DNA of 34,590 nucleotides from the sequence record SRR20825006_2306. The stretch is one strand, 5' to 3'. How positions within the stretch are numbered: position 1 is the stretch's first letter; each line of letters begins with the position of its first letter. The notes beneath the pieces were generated by a model. The model worked only from the letters and a program-made list of their open reading frames with translations. It made no database searches and was not told where the DNA came from. Positions 1 to 8,704 of the stretch are shown here, piece after piece. The translations under genes and the position numbers were made by a program.

Positions 1-597
1 CACCAGTCGATCTGGAAAGACGGCAAGCCGACGTTTGCCGGTGACGAGTATTCTGGTCTGTCTGAAACATGCCTTTTCTATATCGGTGGCATTATCAAGC
101 ATGCCAAGGCCATCAACGCTTTCACAAACGCCTCGACCAACTCCTATAAGCGTCTTGTGCCTGGCTATGAAGCTCCTGTTCTGCTGGCCTATTCCGGTCG
201 TAACCGTTCGGCTTCATGCCGTATTCCGTTCGGCTCAAGCCCCAAGGCAAAGCGCGTTGAGGTTCGCTTTCCTGACCCGACAGCGAACCCCTACCTCGCT
301 TTCGCAGCGCTGATGATGGCTGGCCTTGACGGCATCAAGAACAAGATCCACCCAGGCGAAGCCATGGACAAGGATCTCTACGACTTGCCGCCGGAAGAAC
401 TCAAAGATATTCCAACTGTTTCCACTTCGCTGCGCGAAGCACTGGAAACACTCGATAAGGACCGTGAGTTCCTCACCGCAGGCGGTGTATTCGACGACGA
501 TCAGATTGATGCCTACATCGCTCTGAAGATGGAAGAAGTCATGCGTTTTGAAATGACACCGCATCCAGTTGAATACGATATGTACTACTCGGTTTAA
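1..597 (+). CDS. glnA: Glutamine synthetase type I, 3' part (5'-truncated by the window)
   Basis: Frame +1 is open from base 1 ([34 protein letters not shown]...). Contains [32 protein letters not shown] and the adenylylation motif [11 protein letters not shown]; ends YYSV-TAA. Confidence 0.98.
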   Translation, partial: HQSIWKDGKPTFAGDEYSGLSETCLFYIGGIIKHAKAINAFTNASTNSYKRLVPGYEAPVLLAYSGRNRSASCRIPFGSSPKAKRVEVRFPDPTANPYLAFAALMMAGLDGIKNKIHPGEAMDKDLYDLPPEELKDIPTVSTSLREALETLDKDREFLTAGGVFDDDQIDAYIALKMEEVMRFEMTPHPVEYDMYYSV

Positions 598-654
598 CTT
601 TGTTTTGAGCATTTCTGTTTTGAGATGCCGATCATAGAAGTCGTATAAAACCAT

Positions 655-684
655 AAGCCGATCGCTCAACGCGGTCGGCTTTTT
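655..684 (+). terminator. Rho-independent terminator of glnA
   Basis: AAGCCGATCGC-TCAAC-GCGGTCGGCTT hairpin (one G:U pair) running into a T tract, ~60 bp after the glnA stop. Confidence 0.8.
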
Positions 685-749
685 GCCGTGCTCTTTGTCT
701 GAAGCGAGTGCGATAAACCTTTTTAATTTTTAAGTTTTCTTCCTGCCCC

Positions 750-778
750 CTTGAGCTCGCCATATGACATTTCCATAT
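750..778 (+). promoter_or_regulatory. Putative RpoH (sigma32) promoter of hspQ
   Basis: CTTGAG-N16-TCCATAT resembles the rhizobial RpoH consensus CTTGAA-N16/17-CCTATAT and lies just upstream of a heat-shock gene. Confidence 0.55.
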
Positions 779-800
779 AAGTTTACGAAAGGAAGTGACC

Positions 801-1130
801 ATGAAAATACGCGAAGCGAAATTTAATATTGGTGATGTTGTTCGCCATCGCAGCCTCCCGATCCGGGGTGTCATTTTCGATGTCGATCCGGAATTTGCAC
901 GTTCGGAGGAATGGTATCAGTCATTGCCGCTTGAAATGCGTCCGGGCAAAGATCAGCCATTTTACCATATTGTCGCTGAGAATGATGATTCGGGCTACGT
1001 CGCATATGTTTCGGAAGCGAGCCTGGAACCTGATGAAAGCGGAGAACCGCTGCGCAATCCCCAAATTGGTGAGTTCTTCACAATCTCGGAGAGCGGTCAG
1101 TTATCACCGCGCTATTGCATCGCTCACTGA
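801..1130 (+). CDS. hspQ: Heat shock protein HspQ (YccV-like)
   Basis: AKFNIGDVVRHR...GVIFDVDPEF...KDQPFYH...YVAYVSE motifs. ATG at 801 follows SD AAGGA; the ORF track starts at GTG 795. Confidence 0.93.
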   Translation: MKIREAKFNIGDVVRHRSLPIRGVIFDVDPEFARSEEWYQSLPLEMRPGKDQPFYHIVAENDDSGYVAYVSEASLEPDESGEPLRNPQIGEFFTISESGQLSPRYCIAH

Positions 1131-1271
1131 TGTGTCCAATTACAAAGCGGTTCGTGCTTAATTCAACACAGTGACAGCTGATCGCCTTTTACCCTGAACA
1201 GCAAGCCGGAGAATATCGACTTTAAGCATTCTCAATGCTTTTTCAGTGAAGGCAAACTTTGTATATACAAA

Positions 1272-1307
1272 TAAAAAACCCGGTGGCATTGGCCACCGGG
1301 TTTTTTA
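1272..1307. terminator. Bidirectional intrinsic terminator between convergent hspQ and ialB
   Basis: Perfect inverted repeat TAAAAAACCCGGTGGC-ATTG-GCCACCGGGTTTTTTA. Confidence 0.9.
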
Positions 1308-1327
1308 GTGTTTAGGCAAGAACCAAA

Positions 1328-1969
1328 TCAATTGCCGTCAGTTGTGCTCTGCTGGGCTTCTTCAATCTTCTTACGGCGATCTGTGGCCATCTTCTGGATT
1401 GATTCATCTAGATTACGCTGACTTTCAACCAGATCTGACTGGCTGATGGGATCACCGTCAAAGGCCGCGGTAAATCCGCTTAACGTCATCTTGACAGGGT
1501 TCGGCGTCTGACGAACGTTGACCGAGGTGAAAGTCACTTCGCCGCCACGTTTCATGGCGTTGACCATCGCGTCTGTCAGTGGTGCCTGGGCAACGCACTG
1601 CTCGTTGGTGCAGATAGCGTAATCAATCTGCTGTGGAGCGGATGTGTCGATTTGCATGCGAACACCTGCCGGCACAAGACGAAAGGTCGGAACTGTAACC
1701 TGTATCATTGGCTGTCCGCTGTCGCCTTGAGGCGTTATCAGACCAACAGCCGTGAGAAGCTGACCGTTCTCTGCGCGCGCATAATTTTGAACGATGCACA
1801 TTTGCGGACCTTGCTGGCCCTCGTTGCAGGTCTTGTACCATCCCTGTTGCGGAATCGCTGTTTCCTGTTGTTGCTGCTGTTGTTGAGCCGAAGCGCCCGC
1901 CGCCGAAAAACCGACAACTGCCAAAGCGCAAATCGCGGCCTGCTTCATTTCTTTGGCTCGTGAAAGCAT
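1328..1969 (-). CDS. ialB: Invasion-associated locus B (IalB) family exported protein
   Basis: Signal peptide, then GWYKTC...C, YAICTNEQCVAQ...MKRG and LSGFTAAFDG. ATG at 1969 has SD AGGAGA; usual neighbour of hspQ in rhizobia. Confidence 0.85.
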   Translation of the reverse strand: MLSRAKEMKQAAICALAVVGFSAAGASAQQQQQQQETAIPQQGWYKTCNEGQQGPQMCIVQNYARAENGQLLTAVGLITPQGDSGQPMIQVTVPTFRLVPAGVRMQIDTSAPQQIDYAICTNEQCVAQAPLTDAMVNAMKRGGEVTFTSVNVRQTPNPVKMTLSGFTAAFDGDPISQSDLVESQRNLDESIQKMATDRRKKIEEAQQSTTDGN

Positions 1970-2211
1970 AAGTAATCTCTCCTGGTTAAGTACAAAAAAA
2001 CCGTTTGACCGACCCTGCATCGGCATTGTTGCCGAAATGCGGCAGCCTTGCCGTTCTTGTTCACTGGATTCTCTGATACCGCTCAAGACAGCTCTTATCT
2101 ACCCCTGATTTTGGTAAAAAATACAAACGGTCATAATTTCTTTCTCGAATTTCGCTTCTCAGGAGCGTCATGTTACGATTCGAAAAGTGGTGGTTAACGC
2201 GGGACGAGTCG

Positions 2212-4035
2212 ATGCGCTTTGGTCTTTTTTTCTCTTTTTTTCTTTTTGTCGGTCTGTCCAGTACAGCCCTGGCCGAACCGCAATACGGCATTGCCATGCA
2301 TGGCAACCCTGCCCTGCCACCGAACTACAAACACTTTTCCTACGTGAACCCCGGTGTCACCAAGGGCGGTGAAATCACATACGGCGTCGTTGGCTCCTTC
2401 GACAGCCTCAATCCATTCGTACTGAAAGGTATGCGCTCATCGGCGCGAGGCACCTGGGAAGAAGAAATCGGCCACCTGATCTATGAGCCTTTGATGCAGC
2501 GCTCTCGCGATGAACCATTTACGCTCTACGGCCTTATTGCTGAAACTGTCGAGTGGGATGATGACCGCAGCTATATACAGTTCAACCTCAACCCGGATGC
2601 TGAATGGTCGGATGGTGAGGCTGTTACTCCGGAAGATGTGATTTTCACCTTCAATCTGCTGAATGACAAGGGGCGCCCTCCCTATAATCGCCGTCTTGAT
2701 CTGGTTGAAAACATGAAAAAGGTTGGCGAACACAGCGTCCGTTTTACCTTTAATGAAAAAGCCAATCGCGAGACACCGCTGATTTTCGCGCTTATGCCAG
2801 TTTTCCCGGAACATGCGATCAACACGGAAACCTTTGATACTGATACCATGAACACGCCAGTGGGATCAGGTCCTTATCTGATCGAAAAGGTCGAACCCGG
2901 TCAGCGGATCGTTTACAAACGCAACCCGGATTACTGGGCCAGAGATCTGCCTTCGAAGGTGGGATTCGACAATTATGATACAATAACAATCGATTACTAT
3001 CTCCAGGAATCCTCGTTGTTTGAGGCGTTCAAGAAAGGCGCTGTGGATGTTTACATCGACAACAGCCCAAGCCACTGGGCCCGCGCCTACAACTTTCCCG
3101 CAGCCGAAAGTGGTGACGTAATAAAGGATGTTTTTTATCCTCAAACCCCGACAGGCATGACCGGTTTCGTCTTCAATACACGTCGCCCGAAATTTGCCGA
3201 TGTCCGTGTTCGTGAAGCGCTTTCGGATATTTTTGATTTTCAGTGGGTGAACCGTACCCTTTTCGACAATACCTATAAGCGCACTGAAAGCTACTGGCAA
3301 AACTCAGTACTCGGCGCGTTCGGAAACCCGGCAAGCGAGAACGAGCTTGAACTCCTGGGCAAGGCTGCCGATGACCTGCCACAATCCATCCTCGACGGAA
3401 CCTATCAAATGCCGGTTACCAATGGCTCAGGCGCAGACCGAGAGGTTTTGGGCAAGGCGGTCCGCCAGATGGCAGAAGCCGGTTATAAAATCAGCAATGG
3501 CAAGATGATCGGTTCAAATGGGCAGCCATTGGCCTTTGAAGTGATGACGACAAATGAGAACCAGGAAAAACTGGCTCTGGCCTATCAGCATTCGCTGGCT
3601 CTGATCGGGATTGATATGGCAATCCGCACGGTGGACGACGCCCAGTATCAAAAACGTCTGAATACATTCGACTATGATACGATGATCCTGATTCAGCCGG
3701 GTTTCTACTACTCTTCGTCTCTTTCCCCGGGGGCCGAGCAGATCTGGCGCTGGGATTCACGTTCACGCGATATTGACGGCACATTCAATTTTGCCGGTGT
3801 GAATGATGAAGATATCGACCGGATGATCAATGCGATGGTTACCGCCCGTTCAACGGAAAAATTTACAGATTCCGTGCGAGCTCTTGACCGGCTTCTCGTG
3901 AGCGGTCATTACGTGCTCCCGCTTTATCACCGCGAAGGCGAATGGATCGCACGCTGGAAGCATATCTCCCATCCTGAAGAGACACCGATCTACGGTTATG
4001 AGTTTCCGACCTGGTGGGACGCAAGTGTGCAGTAG
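2212..4035 (+). CDS. Family 5 (peptide/nickel, YejA-like) ABC transporter substrate-binding protein
   Basis: Signal peptide, then YGIAMHG.PALP, GSFDSLNPF, GSGPY, FVFNTRRPKFADVRVREAL and C-terminal TWW. Probable start is ATG 2212 (ORF track: 2170). No permease genes adjacent. Confidence 0.9.
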   Translation: MRFGLFFSFFLFVGLSSTALAEPQYGIAMHGNPALPPNYKHFSYVNPGVTKGGEITYGVVGSFDSLNPFVLKGMRSSARGTWEEEIGHLIYEPLMQRSRDEPFTLYGLIAETVEWDDDRSYIQFNLNPDAEWSDGEAVTPEDVIFTFNLLNDKGRPPYNRRLDLVENMKKVGEHSVRFTFNEKANRETPLIFALMPVFPEHAINTETFDTDTMNTPVGSGPYLIEKVEPGQRIVYKRNPDYWARDLPSKVGFDNYDTITIDYYLQESSLFEAFKKGAVDVYIDNSPSHWARAYNFPAAESGDVIKDVFYPQTPTGMTGFVFNTRRPKFADVRVREALSDIFDFQWVNRTLFDNTYKRTESYWQNSVLGAFGNPASENELELLGKAADDLPQSILDGTYQMPVTNGSGADREVLGKAVRQMAEAGYKISNGKMIGSNGQPLAFEVMTTNENQEKLALAYQHSLALIGIDMAIRTVDDAQYQKRLNTFDYDTMILIQPGFYYSSSLSPGAEQIWRWDSRSRDIDGTFNFAGVNDEDIDRMINAMVTARSTEKFTDSVRALDRLLVSGHYVLPLYHREGEWIARWKHISHPEETPIYGYEFPTWWDASVQ

Positions 4036-4065
4036 AAGGCTCTAGAACACCGAAGGACAGACCCC

Positions 4066-4713
4066 ATGAAAACCATCACCGTCGATGCTATTGTCGATGT
4101 CGTCTGCCCTTGGTGCTATCTCGGAAAGGCACGTCTGGACCGTGCGATCCAGGCACTGGAAGACGAAATAGCCGTTGTTGTTCAGTGGCGTCCGTATGAG
4201 CTGGATTCCGATACGCCTGAAGAGGGCGTCGACAACCACGCCATGCTTGTCGAGAAGATTGGCAGCGCCATACGTGTCGATGAAATGCACACGCAGATCA
4301 CAGAGCTTGGGCGCGAAGTAGGGATCGATTTTCATTTTGATCGTGTTCTGGTCCGTCCTAACACTTTCGATGCCCACCGGCTTTTGCTCTGGGCACACAC
4401 GGAAAGCGTAACGCTTCAGAATGTGGTGATCGACAAACTGTTTAAAGCTAATTTCGAAGAAGGTCGTAATATCGGAGAGCACGCTGTTCTCGCGGATATC
4501 GCAGCAGAATCCGGCATGAACCGCGATGTTGTGCTCAGGCTTTTAGAAAGCGATTCCGACACGGAAATGGTGCGCAGCGAAATCGACAACGCTCACCAGA
4601 TGGGTGTGACCGGTGTGCCGTTCTTTGTGTTCAACGGTCAATACGCCGTCAGTGGTGCGCAGTCTGCCGAAGTGCTGCAAAACGCCCTCACCCAGCTGTC
4701 GGCGGTTTCCTGA
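4066..4713 (+). CDS. DsbA family oxidoreductase (FrnE-like)
   Basis: DVVCPWCYLG active site, PNTFDAHRL and GVTGVPFF (cis-Pro loop). Confidence 0.92.
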   Translation: MKTITVDAIVDVVCPWCYLGKARLDRAIQALEDEIAVVVQWRPYELDSDTPEEGVDNHAMLVEKIGSAIRVDEMHTQITELGREVGIDFHFDRVLVRPNTFDAHRLLLWAHTESVTLQNVVIDKLFKANFEEGRNIGEHAVLADIAAESGMNRDVVLRLLESDSDTEMVRSEIDNAHQMGVTGVPFFVFNGQYAVSGAQSAEVLQNALTQLSAVS

Positions 4714-4745
4714 GTTCAGGTCGAACAGCCACAAAACCATATTTT

Positions 4746-4772
4746 AAACCCCGGATATCATTCCGGGGTTTT
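4746..4772. terminator. Intrinsic terminator between the convergent DsbA-family gene and mfd
   Basis: AAACCCCGGA-TATCAT-TCCGGGGTTTT hairpin. Confidence 0.85.
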
Positions 4773-4793
4773 CGTCCTTTTTGTTCGACTGAC

Positions 4794-7700
4794 TTAACCA
4801 ACCGCGATTTTTGCCAGCTTGTTCATGGTGATGGCTGCCTGCCCGAGACGTTTCTCCGGGGTTGGCAGGTCGCGATTAAAGTAAATGCTCTGATCTGCGC
4901 GAATTTTCGCCGAGACACTGTTTTCCGAGATGAACTGCACCAGGCCGGCGGGATTTGGAAATTCTTGGTTTCGGAATTGTACAACAATACCTTTTGGCCC
5001 TGCATCAAGCTTCTCGACATTGGCAGTCCGGCAAAGTGATTTGATGAAAACAACCTTCAGCAACGACTGAACCTCTTCCGGCATAGGCCCGAAGCGATCA
5101 ATCAGTTCCGCGCCGAAGGCATCAATATCACCAGGATCGTTGAGGTCACCAAGTCTGCGATAGAGCCCCATTCTGAGGTTAAGATCAGGCACATAGCTTT
5201 CCGGAATCATCACCGATGCACCGAGAGCGATCTGTGGCGACCAGTCATTGCCACCGGCATCTTCCTCGCCCTTGGCCTCGGCAACCGCCTCTTCCAGCAT
5301 TTGCTGGTAGAGTTCGAAGCCAACCTCCTTGATATGGCCGGATTGCTCCTCTCCAAGCAGATTTCCCGCACCGCGAATATCAAGATCGTGACTGGCGAGC
5401 TGAAAACCTGCTCCCAGAGTATCCAGAGATTGTAGCACTTTCAGCCGTCGGTCGGCCATATCGGTAAGCCGCTTGTTTACCGGCAGGGTGAAGAGCGCAA
5501 ATGCCCGGATTTTTGAGCGTCCCACGCGGCCACGCAACTGATAAAGCTGAGCGAGGCCAAACATATCGGCACGATGGACGATCAGCGTATTTGCGGTGGG
5601 GACATCAAGGCCGGATTCGACAATCGTCGTGGAAAGCAGAATATCATACTTGCCGTCATAAAAGGCATTCATGATGTCTTCCAACTCGCTGGCCGCCATC
5701 TGACCATGAGCGACGGCCACCTTTAGCTCCGGCACTTCGGCTTGGAGAAAAGCATGGACATCTTCAAGGTCGGAAACACGCGGACAAACATAAAAGCTTT
5801 GACCACCGCGATAGTGTTCACGCATCAGGTTTTCACGGATGACCAGCGGATCAAAAGGCGAAATAAAGGTTCTGACTGCCATTCGGTCAACCGGCGCCGT
5901 GGTGATCAGCGACAGTTCACGCACACCGGTCATCGCCAGTTGAAGCGTGCGTGGAATCGGCGTTGCCGAAAGTGTCAGCACATGCACGTCGCTTTTCAGT
6001 TCCTTGAGCCGCTCCTTGTGCTTCACGCCGAAATGCTGTTCTTCGTCGATGATCAAAAGGCCGAGATTGGCGAATTTAATGGTCGACCCCAAAAGCGCAT
6101 GTGTGCCGACGACGATATCGACTTTGCCGTCGGCCAGGCCCCTTTTCGTCTGCGACAGCTCTTTCGCGCTAACCAGGCGCGACGCCTGAGCTACCTTGAT
6201 CGGCAGACCACGGAAACGCTCGGCAAAGGTCTTGAAATGCTGACGGGCCAGCAATGTCGTCGGGACAACGACGGCCACCTGCACACCATTCATCGCAGCA
6301 AGGAAAGCCGCTCTGAGCGCTATTTCCGTTTTGCCAAAGCCAACATCCCCGCATATCAATCGGTCCATCGGCTTGCCAGCACCGAGATCATCACGAACGG
6401 CGACAATGGCGCTTTCCTGATCTTCTGTTTCTTCATAAGGGAAGCGAGCGGAAAATTCATCGTAAAGCCCCTCCGTCGCTGTCAGTGACGGCGCCGTGCG
6501 GGTCGCGCGTTTGGCAGCTATGGCAATCAATTCGTCAGCCATATCCAGCAGGCGTTTCTTGAGCTTGGCTTTTTTGGCCTGCCATGCGCCGCCACCGAGC
6601 CGGTCAAGCGGCACATCGGCTGCTTCCGAACCGTAGCGAGACAAAAGCTCGATGTTCTCCACGGGAAGGAACAGCTTGGCACCTTCGGCGTAAAGAAGCT
6701 CGAGGCAATCGCGTGGCGCTCCGGCGGCCTCAATCGTCCTCAAACCTGTAAATTTACCAATTCCGTGCTCTGCGTGAACGACAAACGAACCTTCATCCAG
6801 CCCTGAAACCTCCGATATGAAGTCACTGGCTTTTTTGCGTTTTCTGGTTTTCCGGATCAGGCGATCGCCAAGAATATCCTGTTCACCAATCACGAACAGA
6901 TCGCCGGTTTCAAATCCGGATTCAAGGTTCAGCACAGCACTCGCCGCTTCACCCTTCTTGAGTTTGCTCAAATCAGAAAGAGCTTTAACCGGCTTGATCT
7001 TCTGAAGTTCGTGTTCTTTCAAGACCTGCAAAAGCCGGTCCAGAGAACCCTCCGACCAGCCTGTTATGAGAACCCTGCCACCGCTGGCGCGCTTATCTGC
7101 GATATGGGCGACGGCCTGTTCAAAAACATTGACACGTTCCTCTGAATTAGCCGCCTGAGCCTGTTTGGCCCATCGCGGCCCGGCATGGGCATCAAGCGCG
7201 ATGACGGGCTTTCCAACCACAGAGGGCTCATTGAACGGAGAAAGCCTCACCGATCGGCTGGATTTCAACCCTTCATTGAACTGGTCAGAATTCAGATAAA
7301 GCATATCCGGAGGAACAGGCTTGTATGGCGCTCCATGGCCGCCATGCCCTTCTTTCATGTTGGCGAGCCGCGATTCATAATAGTCGCGGATCAGCTCTGC
7401 ACGTTCGGTCGCCGCTTCGCGGGCACTGTGGTCAACGACAATCCGAAAATCCTTAAGATACTCGAACATCGTATCGAGCCGGTCATAAAAGAGTGGAAGC
7501 CAGTGCTCCATTCCTGCATAGCGCCGGCCTTCGGAAATCGCCTGATAAAGTGCATCGTCGCGCGTTGCCGCACCGAAGAGTGACAGATAGTTTTTTCGAA
7601 AACGGGCAATCGTCTCCTGCGTCAGAGCCACTTCACTCATGGCGTTCAGATCAAGCGCCGTAACGGTGCCGGTTGTGCGCTGATTGGCCGGATCGAAAGC

Positions 7701-8291
7701 ACGAATACTTTCGAGTGTATCACCGAAAAAATCTAACCTGACGCCGCTTTCATTTCCAGGCACAAGAACATCAAGAATACCCCCGCGCACAGCATACTCA
7801 CCGACCTCGCGCACGGTCGGAACACGCTCGAAACCGGCCTGCATCAACCGGTGAACAATATCGTTCATATCGATGATCTGTCCGGCACGCGCGGAAAAGC
7901 CCAATGTCTCAATAACCTGCCGCTCAGGCAGTTTCTGCAACATGGCGTTGACCGTTACCAGCAGGATCGCCGGATGCGGTTTTTTGCCGTGCTGCACGAG
8001 ACCAGACAGAGCGGACAAACGCCGTGCGGCCGTATCTGCTGCCGGGGAAACGCGGTCATAGGGAAGACAGTCCCAGGCCGGCAGCGTTAAAACCGGAATA
8101 TCGGGTGCGACAAACCCCAGCATTTGTTCAACATCGGCAATGCGCTGGCCATCTGAAAGAATGTAGGCCACCGCCTGACCGCCGCGGGCCATTTCGGCCA
8201 GAACCAGTGGTTCAGTGCCGGCTATAGCGTTGGAGATTGTTACAGCCCCACTGAGGCCATCGAGCTTTTTCGGGTTAAATCCGGCAATCAT
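4794..8291 (-). CDS. mfd: Transcription-repair coupling factor Mfd
   Basis: UvrB-homology N-terminus (LPAWDCLPYDRVSP, VRGGILD), RID (VVHAEHGIG), GDVGFGKTE, DEEQHFG, SATPIPRT, QLRGRVGR, DLDIRGAGNLLG. Start placed at ATG 8291 (MIAGFNP); the ORF-track extension overlaps sdhE. Confidence 0.97.
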   Translation of the reverse strand: MIAGFNPKKLDGLSGAVTISNAIAGTEPLVLAEMARGGQAVAYILSDGQRIADVEQMLGFVAPDIPVLTLPAWDCLPYDRVSPAADTAARRLSALSGLVQHGKKPHPAILLVTVNAMLQKLPERQVIETLGFSARAGQIIDMNDIVHRLMQAGFERVPTVREVGEYAVRGGILDVLVPGNESGVRLDFFGDTLESIRAFDPANQRTTGTVTALDLNAMSEVALTQETIARFRKNYLSLFGAATRDDALYQAISEGRRYAGMEHWLPLFYDRLDTMFEYLKDFRIVVDHSAREAATERAELIRDYYESRLANMKEGHGGHGAPYKPVPPDMLYLNSDQFNEGLKSSRSVRLSPFNEPSVVGKPVIALDAHAGPRWAKQAQAANSEERVNVFEQAVAHIADKRASGGRVLITGWSEGSLDRLLQVLKEHELQKIKPVKALSDLSKLKKGEAASAVLNLESGFETGDLFVIGEQDILGDRLIRKTRKRKKASDFISEVSGLDEGSFVVHAEHGIGKFTGLRTIEAAGAPRDCLELLYAEGAKLFLPVENIELLSRYGSEAADVPLDRLGGGAWQAKKAKLKKRLLDMADELIAIAAKRATRTAPSLTATEGLYDEFSARFPYEETEDQESAIVAVRDDLGAGKPMDRLICGDVGFGKTEIALRAAFLAAMNGVQVAVVVPTTLLARQHFKTFAERFRGLPIKVAQASRLVSAKELSQTKRGLADGKVDIVVGTHALLGSTIKFANLGLLIIDEEQHFGVKHKERLKELKSDVHVLTLSATPIPRTLQLAMTGVRELSLITTAPVDRMAVRTFISPFDPLVIRENLMREHYRGGQSFYVCPRVSDLEDVHAFLQAEVPELKVAVAHGQMAASELEDIMNAFYDGKYDILLSTTIVESGLDVPTANTLIVHRADMFGLAQLYQLRGRVGRSKIRAFALFTLPVNKRLTDMADRRLKVLQSLDTLGAGFQLASHDLDIRGAGNLLGEEQSGHIKEVGFELYQQMLEEAVAEAKGEEDAGGNDWSPQIALGASVMIPESYVPDLNLRMGLYRRLGDLNDPGDIDAFGAELIDRFGPMPEEVQSLLKVVFIKSLCRTANVEKLDAGPKGIVVQFRNQEFPNPAGLVQFISENSVSAKIRADQSIYFNRDLPTPEKRLGQAAITMNKLAKIAVG

Positions 8292-8307
8292 CAGCTTTAA
8301 AGTCGCC

Positions 8308-8610
8308 TCAAATATTATTTTCAACCGGATCAAAATCCGGACGATAGGATGCGATCTGTTCAAACAGTGGAACCTGAAAGCGCTCCGGAACAGGTTCGGC
8401 GCCATTGATCCACTTGATCAGATCGTTGTCTTCCGCCTCCATGATTGCTTCCAGTGTATCGAGCGTGGCCTCATCCAGAAGGGCGATGTTATTTTCTGCG
8501 AACTGACCGAGGATAAGATCCATTTCACGGATTCCCCTGTGCCAGCAACGAAACAGAATGCGGCGGCGGCGCGGGTCGAGATCGGCGCTTGAGCGTTTCA
8601 GTCCAGTCAT
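8308..8610 (-). CDS. sdhE: Succinate dehydrogenase flavinylation/assembly factor (SdhE/SDHAF2)
   Basis: LDPRRRRILFRCWHRGIREMDLILG contains the RGxxE motif. ATG at 8610 with SD AAGGAAGG; conserved between mfd and recG in Alphaproteobacteria. Confidence 0.92.
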   Translation of the reverse strand: MTGLKRSSADLDPRRRRILFRCWHRGIREMDLILGQFAENNIALLDEATLDTLEAIMEAEDNDLIKWINGAEPVPERFQVPLFEQIASYRPDFDPVENNI

Positions 8611-8704
8611 CTGAAAAACCTTCCTTGTTGATTTGTCTCTATAACGGGTCGAACACACCTTGTCAGCCTTGCCAAAGCATCGGGATCGGTACATTTCATA
8701 GGTT

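Noticed and set aside
601..624. TGTTTTGAG direct repeat after glnA
   Set aside because: Only two 9-bp copies; not a CRISPR or iteron array.
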